From Coriobacteriaceae bacterium (GTDB lineage Bacteria; Actinomycetota; Coriobacteriia; Coriobacteriales; Coriobacteriaceae): a DNA stretch of 64,000 bases. Location: NCBI GenBank assembly GCA_015062655.1, contig SUUG01000004.1, positions 1,140 through 65,139 of the forward strand. Direction: 5' to 3'. Made by a program: the position numbers and the translations under genes. The notes below the pieces were generated by a model, which saw nothing but the letters and a program-made list of their open reading frames with translations, was not told the origin of the DNA and ran no database searches. Numbering within the stretch: position 1 is the stretch's first letter; each line of letters begins with the position of its first letter. Shown one piece after another: positions 59,301 to 64,000 of this stretch.

Positions 59301-59386
59301 GGCTCACCCGAAGCGATAAGCGGGTCCAAGAGGTTCGCCGCGCGCTCGCGCGCGGAGGTCGCTGCCGCGGAATCAGACATAGGCAC
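56342..59386 (-). CDS. M16C insulinase-family peptidase (presequence protease-like)
   Basis: GVFHILEHSVLCGSAKFPVKEPF (HXXEH), FLNAMTYPDKT, GVVYNEMKG, IRVKGGAYG, YRDP. Confidence 0.94.
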   Translation of the reverse strand: MPMSDSAAATSARERAANLLDPLIASGEPISGFTVERREEIPELDVTAYVLRHRASGARLLHLASEDENKAFAIGFKTPPTDSTGVFHILEHSVLCGSAKFPVKEPFADLIKSSMQTFLNAMTYPDKTVYPVASTNEQDLLNLMDVYMDAVLNPAIYTKPSIFEQEGWHLELDVPEGAAASDPASKLRYNGVVYNEMKGALSDPMSVLDDAVAAALFPDTAYACESGGDPRHIPDLTYQAFLDNHARHYNLANSYITLYGDLDVARVLAFLEERYLGDEVRERDAAARRSAAPDPAAIDRALAAGPNPLLCQEPVACDYRRIKMTTAPEHALAGMAYALGADALDRKRVIGAGILFEALLGSNEAPVKKAILAAGLGGNVISYTQSACLQPYELIILQGAKEDAARELRRVIEDECRRLVEEGIPRARLEAVLSSNEFDLRQRDFGTADGVVLACDALSTWLYDDDAATLALSYGPVYAELHRELEGSFFEDLLREIVLESGHHALVELVPVDEPAADAPGADLEGKRAAMDDDELDRVVENVAALRRVQEAPDTPEAKATLPRLRVSDIGPARPEPALTVDTTAPITCLKHAIPTRGIAYLTLYFDLTHVSFAELAYASVMANLLQQLATKRRSADELDSHITANLGFLSFSTAVFQQPDWRLARPVLKMSAAALSEKLEHLVEIPREVWSETLFEDEGRIRDVLGQLKIRMEQSFLNSGHLVALSRAMSYVSPAAVASQQMGGVDFYRFVSDLLEHFDERKGELIERMRNLQERVFTSTGLTASFTGSDEDYARFWEMGGALGLTKRTAPEKELMVRWPEPKSEAFVIPSDVCYAARATDPRVLGIETNGTWNVASQVLSYDYLWNEIRVKGGAYGCGFRARDDRQLAFYTYRDPALDASQVRIAGAGEWLAAFEPDEAAFEGFIVSTAAGFDAPLKPFALALRQDGEFFSRRPAGWRATLREQVLQTTPSDLRRLGAEITRAAAEAPLCVFGSREIIEASELDLNVVELLG

Positions 59387-59486
59387 TCCTTGCCGTCGAA
59401 GTTCATACGACCTATCTTACCCATCGCGCGCGTCAAGCGGCGGCCGGGACGCAAATATTCGCGGAAGGGCGGTGCGCGCCGCGCAC

Positions 59487-59666
59487 CCGGCCAGGGGGGG
59501 TCGGCCAGCGCCTGACCAAGGGTCCGCGCGAAAGCCTGACCACGGGTCCGCTCAAAGGCTTGGCCAGGGTCCCGCTCAAAGGGCCGCCGGAAGGTCTGCC
59601 CGAGGGCCGCGCAAGTGTCTGCCGGGGGGATCCGTCCGAAGACCTGAACACGGGCCGCCGGTCGCA
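59487..59666 (+). repeat. Degenerate ~24-bp tandem array
   Basis: CCTGACCAAGGGTCCGCGCGAAAG (59511), CCTGACCACGGGTCCGCTCAAAGG (59535), CTTGGCCAGGGTCCCGCTCAAAGG (59559) plus more diverged units on both sides. Confidence 0.75.
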
Positions 59667-59717
59667 AAATCCATGTCGGCCGGCCTTCCAAGCGTGTCGC
59701 CAGGACGAGCCGCAAGG

Positions 59718-59866
59718 AAAAAGTCGATTGTAGGGGGATTTTTGTCGACCCCTGTTATAGAGGCCTGTTTTGAACAACCAGCGGCTCGCTTTTCCCCAGA
59801 TGGTTGCTTCGTCTAGGTAAAGTGTACTGAGGGGAGTCCTAAAAATCCCCCTACAATCGACTTTTT
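59718..59866 (+). repeat. Inverted-repeat-bounded element, copy 4 (149 bp, perfect 26-bp IR)
   Basis: AAAAAGTCGATTGTAGGGGGATTTTT (59718-59743) / AAAAATCCCCCTACAATCGACTTTTT (59841-59866). Confidence 0.92.
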
Positions 59867-60323
59867 TATTCTACTAACCCATCGTCTCTGCACGAAATAC
59901 GGGAGCGTCGCCCCGCCCCGATGGACAAATGGCCCGTACCCAGATGCCCTGGAGCGCCAGCGAAGCGATGTCCCCGCCTCCCCGTGCTCCGGCGGGGCGA
60001 TGCCCCTGCGTCCTGGCGCTCCGTCCGCTCAACACCGCGGTGCCCCGGTCAAGTAATGCCGCCGTCCCAGCGTGCCGACCACGCGGTGCCCCCCGCGTTC
60101 CGGCGCACCGGCAGCCCAACGCCGCGCCGGCGGGGCGACGTCGCTGCTTCCCGGCGCTCCGGGCGCCCGATGCCGCGCCACGGCGCCCCGCGCCGGCGCC
60201 GTTCCACGCCCCACAACGACCGCAGGTTCTGCTCATCCTCCGGCTTTCCGTTTCCCCGCCATCCCGGCGCTCCGATGCGATATGGTAGCTGGACTATATA
60301 TCCGGGGAGCAGAGGGAGCAGAT

Positions 60324-61325
60324 GTGAGCCGCGGAGTCCAGGCTGTTGGAAAAAGCGCGACATACGAGCCTGATCAGGCTGTCGAGGGCACCGGTCCCGC
60401 ATCGCGCAACGAGCGCCGAGCTTGGCGCGAGCGCATGAACGACCGCGCGACCCGCACGCTCATCCTCGGCGCGCTCTCCACCGCCGTCGGCGGCGCGTTC
60501 TGGGGGTTCTCGGGCACCGCCGCCAGCTACCTGTTCAAGCTCTACCACGTGGACGTCCTCTGGCTCATGAGCTCGCGCCAGCTCCTCGCCGGCGCGCTGT
60601 TCATGCTGATCGCCGTCACGTTCGACCGCAAGCGCCTCGTCGCGCTCTGGACCACCCCCGCCCACCGGCGCGAGCTCCTCGTGTTCGCCGCCCTGGGCCT
60701 GCTCCTGAATCAGTTCGCCTACCTTGCCACCGTGCAGGTCACCAACCCCGGGACGGCAACCGTCATGCAGTGCCTGCAGCTGCTCGTCATCATGGCCTAC
60801 TCCTGCATCCGCGCGCGCAGGAAACCGCGACGCCGTGAGGTCATCGGCGTGGCCCTCGCGCTCGGCGGCACCTTCCTGATCGCCACCGGCGGCGACCCCT
60901 CGCGGCTCTCGATCCCCCCGATCGGCCTGGCGCTCGGCCTCCTGACCGCCTGCGCCGCCGCGCTCATGGCCATCCTGCCGGTCCGCATCCTGCCGGCCTA
61001 CGGCTCCACCGTGGTGACCGGCTCGGCGATGTTCACCTCGGGGCTCGCGACCAGCGCGGTCGTGCGCCCCTGGGCGTCCATCCCGACGCTCGACACCCAC
61101 GGCTGGATCGCCTTCGCCGTCCTCATCATCGTGGGGTCGCTCCTCGCCTACCTGCTCTACATGCAGGGCGTGAAGGACATCGGCTCCATGCGCGCGGGGC
61201 TCATCGGCACCATCGAGCCCATATCGGCGACCATCACGAGCGCCATCATGGTCGGCACGGTCTTCACCCCCACCGACCTCACCGGCTTCGCGATGATCAT
61301 CGCCATGGTCTTCCTGACGGTCTAG
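60324..61325 (+). CDS. EamA/DMT-family transporter
   Basis: About ten TM helices in two repeats (FWGFSG, ATVMQ, GLIGTIEP); GTG 60324 after AGAGGGAG (alternative ATG 60435). Confidence 0.88.
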   Translation: MSRGVQAVGKSATYEPDQAVEGTGPASRNERRAWRERMNDRATRTLILGALSTAVGGAFWGFSGTAASYLFKLYHVDVLWLMSSRQLLAGALFMLIAVTFDRKRLVALWTTPAHRRELLVFAALGLLLNQFAYLATVQVTNPGTATVMQCLQLLVIMAYSCIRARRKPRRREVIGVALALGGTFLIATGGDPSRLSIPPIGLALGLLTACAAALMAILPVRILPAYGSTVVTGSAMFTSGLATSAVVRPWASIPTLDTHGWIAFAVLIIVGSLLAYLLYMQGVKDIGSMRAGLIGTIEPISATITSAIMVGTVFTPTDLTGFAMIIAMVFLTV

Positions 61326-61351
61326 CGGATCCAGCGGCTGCCGCGCGCCGC

Positions 61352-62296
61352 CTAGAACTCGCCGATCTGCTTGACCTCCGGCTCGAGCTCAACGCCGAAC
61401 CGCTCGCGCACCTCGCTCTGAATATGCTCGATGAGCGCCCGCACGTCGCGCGCCGTGGCCTCGCCGGTGTTCACCACGAACCCGCAATGCTTCTCGGACA
61501 CCTGGGCGCCGCCCACGCGCGCGCCCCGAAGCCCCGAGTCCATGATGAGCTTGCCGGCGAAATAGCCCTCCGGGCGCTTGAAGGTCGATCCGGCGCTTGG
61601 CATCTCGAGGGGTTGCTTCTCCTCGCGGCGGCGCTGGTAGTCCTCCATCGCGGCGCGGATCGCGGCCGCATCGGCCACAGCTAGGCGGAAGGTCGCCGAG
61701 AGCACCACGAGCCCCTCGTCGTGCACGCGGCTCCTGCGGTAACCCATATGGAGGTCGGCCACGGGGATCTCGCGCACCCGGCCCTTCTCACCCGGCTTTC
61801 CGGGCACGTAGACCCGGACGGACTCGAGCACGTCGGCGGTCTGCCCGTCGTAGGCGCCCGCGTTCATATGGCACGCCCCGCCGACCGTCGCCGGAATGCC
61901 CCACAGCGGCTCCATGCCGCTGAGCCCCGCATCCGCCGCGGCCAGCGCGACGTCGCGCAGCAGGGCGCCAGCCTCGGCCGTCACGCGCTCGCCGGACACC
62001 TCGATGCCGGCCATGTTATCCCGGAAGAGCACGACGGCTCCGCGGATCCCGCGGTCGCCCACGAGAAGGTCGGAGCCGTTGCCCACCACCGTCACCGGGC
62101 TCCCGGCGATCGCCAGGGTGTCGAGGACGCGCACGGCCTCCTCCGGGCTGTGGGGCCTGACGAGCACGTCGGCCGGGCCGCCGATCTTGAACGTCGTGTG
62201 CGCGCGCATGGGCTCGACCATCAGCACGTCGTCCTCGCCCGCGATCGCCGCGAGCGCACCGAGCACGTCCTCGTTGAAGCTGTCGTAATCATGCAT
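61352..62296 (-). CDS. murB: UDP-N-acetylenolpyruvoylglucosamine reductase
   Basis: HTTFKIGGPAD, GNGSDLLV, GIPATVGG..MNAGAY, PSAGSTFKRP, VSEKHCGF, LEPEV. Confidence 0.96.
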   Translation of the reverse strand: MHDYDSFNEDVLGALAAIAGEDDVLMVEPMRAHTTFKIGGPADVLVRPHSPEEAVRVLDTLAIAGSPVTVVGNGSDLLVGDRGIRGAVVLFRDNMAGIEVSGERVTAEAGALLRDVALAAADAGLSGMEPLWGIPATVGGACHMNAGAYDGQTADVLESVRVYVPGKPGEKGRVREIPVADLHMGYRRSRVHDEGLVVLSATFRLAVADAAAIRAAMEDYQRRREEKQPLEMPSAGSTFKRPEGYFAGKLIMDSGLRGARVGGAQVSEKHCGFVVNTGEATARDVRALIEHIQSEVRERFGVELEPEVKQIGEF

Positions 62297-62346
62297 AAGG
62301 GCACCTATCGTCCGCTGGATCCAACTGGGAAGACTATACCCCACGG

Positions 62347-62374
62347 TTGAAGAATGCCGTGGGGCGTGTATAGT
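62347..62374 (+). promoter_or_regulatory. Sigma70-type promoter for the FMN-riboswitch operon
   Basis: TTGAAG (62347-62352), 16 bp spacer, TATAGT (62369-62374). Confidence 0.7.
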
Positions 62375-62378
62375 GAGG

Positions 62379-62515
62379 TCGTATGTTTCAGGGCGGGGCG
62401 CAATTCCCCACCGGCGGTGACAGACGGCGAACCCGTCTGGAGCCCGCGACCCGCGCACGCGGTTGACCTGGTGCGATTCCAGGGCCGACGGTCACAGTCC
62501 GGACGGAAGAAACGG
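62379..62515 (+). ncRNA. FMN riboswitch (RFN element)
   Basis: TTCAGGGCGGGGCGCAATTCCCCACCGGCGGT...AGCCCGCGA...GGTGCGATTCC...GCCGACGGTCACAGTCCGGACGGAAGAA; the GGAGG RBS abuts P1, suggesting translational control. Confidence 0.95.
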
Positions 62516-62524
62516 AGGCACCCC

Positions 62525-63061
62525 ATGGGTGGCACCATCAACACAAGAAAAATCGCACTGGCCGGTCTTCTGACCGCCGCATCCCTCATCACGAGCTTCA
62601 TACAGATCCCCATCTTCCCCGCCGCGCCCTGGCTCTCCTACGACCCCTCGGGCGTCATCTGCCTGATCGCGGCCCTCGCCTTCGGCCCGAAGCTCGGCGC
62701 CGCGGTGGCCGTCATCTCATGGCTCCCCCGCATCTTCCTCGACCCCTTCGGCGTGGTCATGGGCGTGCTGAACACCTGCTCGTTCATCATCCCCGCCGCC
62801 GTCATCTACCACCGCGCGCACCGCGGGCGCGCCGCATCCGTCGTTGGCATGGTTGTGGGGGCCCTTGTGGCCATCACGGTGTCGTGCGCGGCGAACCTCG
62901 TCGTCACCCCGCTCTACACCGCCGTCTCGATGGCTGACGTGGTCGCGATGATCCTGCCGATCCTTCTGCCCTTCAACGCGCTCAAGATGCTCATCAACGT
63001 CGTGGCCGGCCAGATCCTGCTCACCCCCTGCATGAACGTCCTCGCCGCACCCGAGCGCTGA
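62525..63061 (+). CDS. ECF transporter S component, probably riboflavin-specific (RibU-like)
   Basis: Small hydrophobic protein (IQIPIFPAAPWLSYDPS...NALK) directly behind an FMN riboswitch. Confidence 0.85.
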   Translation: MGGTINTRKIALAGLLTAASLITSFIQIPIFPAAPWLSYDPSGVICLIAALAFGPKLGAAVAVISWLPRIFLDPFGVVMGVLNTCSFIIPAAVIYHRAHRGRAASVVGMVVGALVAITVSCAANLVVTPLYTAVSMADVVAMILPILLPFNALKMLINVVAGQILLTPCMNVLAAPER

Positions 63062-64000
63062 TGGCGGGGGCCCGGATCCATATCGAGGACACCCGGTTCT
63101 CGTACGGGCGCCACGAGGCCCTTCGCGGTGTGACGCTCGATATCGCCCCTGGCGAGCACGTATGCGTCCTCGGCGGCAACGGTTCGGGCAAGTCGACCCT
63201 CCTCCAGCTCATGAACGCGCTGCTTTTGCCGGACGCGGGCACCGTGCGCGTGGACGGCGCTGACACCGCCACGGCTGACGGCGCCCTTCTCGCCCGGCGG
63301 CGGGCGGCCATGGTCTTCCAGCATCCCGAGGACCAGATGGTCACGAGCATCGTCGCCGACGACGTGGCCTTCGGACCCGAGAACCTCGGCGTCGAGCCGC
63401 AAGAGATCGCGCGCCGCGTGGGTGCCGCGCTCGCCGCCGTCTCCATGACGGACGCCGCCCACCGCGACCCGGCGGACCTCTCCGGCGGCCAGAAGCAGCG
63501 TATCGCGATCGCCGGGGCGCTCGCGATGGAGCCGCGCGCGCTCCTGCTCGACGAGCCGTGTGCGATGCTCGACGCGGCGGGCCGCCGCGAGATCCAGCGG
63601 ATCATTGCCCGCCTCAACGCGCAGGGCATCACGATCGTGCACGTCACGCATTTCATGGACGACGCCCTGGCCGCCGACCGCGTCGTGGTGATGGACCACG
63701 GACAGGTGGCGCTGGAGGGCAGCCCGGCGGAGGTCTTCGGGCACCACAGGTTGATCGAGGGGCTCGGCCTGGAGCTCCCCTTCTGCATGCGGCTCGCCTC
63801 GGCCCTCCGCGCGCGCGGGATCGACGCCCCCTTCGCCACCGAGGACCGCGAGCTCGTCCGCTGGGCCTCCTCGCAGGGCGCTGTGATCGCGGCCGCCCCC
63901 GCAACCGAGCCGCCCGCCGGCACGGCCGCGGCCCGCGCGGACGCGGGCGTCTCCTTCGAGAACGTCTCCTTCTCCTACGCCGCGCGCGGCGGTTCCCATG
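63061..64000 (+). CDS. ECF transporter ATPase with two fused ATPase domains, 3' end beyond the window
   Basis: MAGARIHIEDTRFSY..., GGNGSGKST, VFQHPEDQ, LSGGQKQRIAIAG, LLDEP; a second domain starts at VSFENVSFSY. Confidence 0.9.
   Translation, partial: MAGARIHIEDTRFSYGRHEALRGVTLDIAPGEHVCVLGGNGSGKSTLLQLMNALLLPDAGTVRVDGADTATADGALLARRRAAMVFQHPEDQMVTSIVADDVAFGPENLGVEPQEIARRVGAALAAVSMTDAAHRDPADLSGGQKQRIAIAGALAMEPRALLLDEPCAMLDAAGRREIQRIIARLNAQGITIVHVTHFMDDALAADRVVVMDHGQVALEGSPAEVFGHHRLIEGLGLELPFCMRLASALRARGIDAPFATEDRELVRWASSQGAVIAAAPATEPPAGTAAARADAGVSFENVSFSYAARGGSH

Overview
Very GC-rich bacterial chromosome segment. Gene content and style suggest an anaerobic gut actinobacterium of class Coriobacteriia (Collinsella/Enorma-like); this is inference, not a database result. 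Left to right: a fused ABC ATPase-permease (cut by the window edge), a doubly frameshifted LPXTG surface-protein gene, a PhoP/PhoR-like and a VanR/VanS-like two-component system plus a D,D-carboxypeptidase, tatD, a complete trpEGDCFBA operon behind a Trp T-box, rsmA, metG, an AT-richer four-gene ABC cassette, a Cel/Lac-type PTS operon with a MupG/DUF871 hydrolase and PRD regulator, rsmI, a GH5 protein lacking its acid/base Glu, tRNA-Phe, a Tad/Flp pilus locus, rsgA, a P-type ATPase, pyk, a DUF559/Vsr-like nuclease-domain gene, a Zn-PLC-like gene, pheST behind a Phe T-box, M32 and M16 peptidases, an EamA transporter, murB and an FMN-riboswitch-controlled ECF transporter. No CRISPR array, transposase, integrase or prophage was seen. 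The most striking unexplained structure is a four-copy intergenic element of near-constant length (147-149 bp) bounded by 19-26 bp inverted repeats (AAAAAGTCGATTGTARGGG...CCCYTACAATCGACTTTT). In one copy the core is flipped relative to a conserved outside flank motif, which suggests an invertible or mobile element family; that copy sits next to the DUF559-like nuclease gene.
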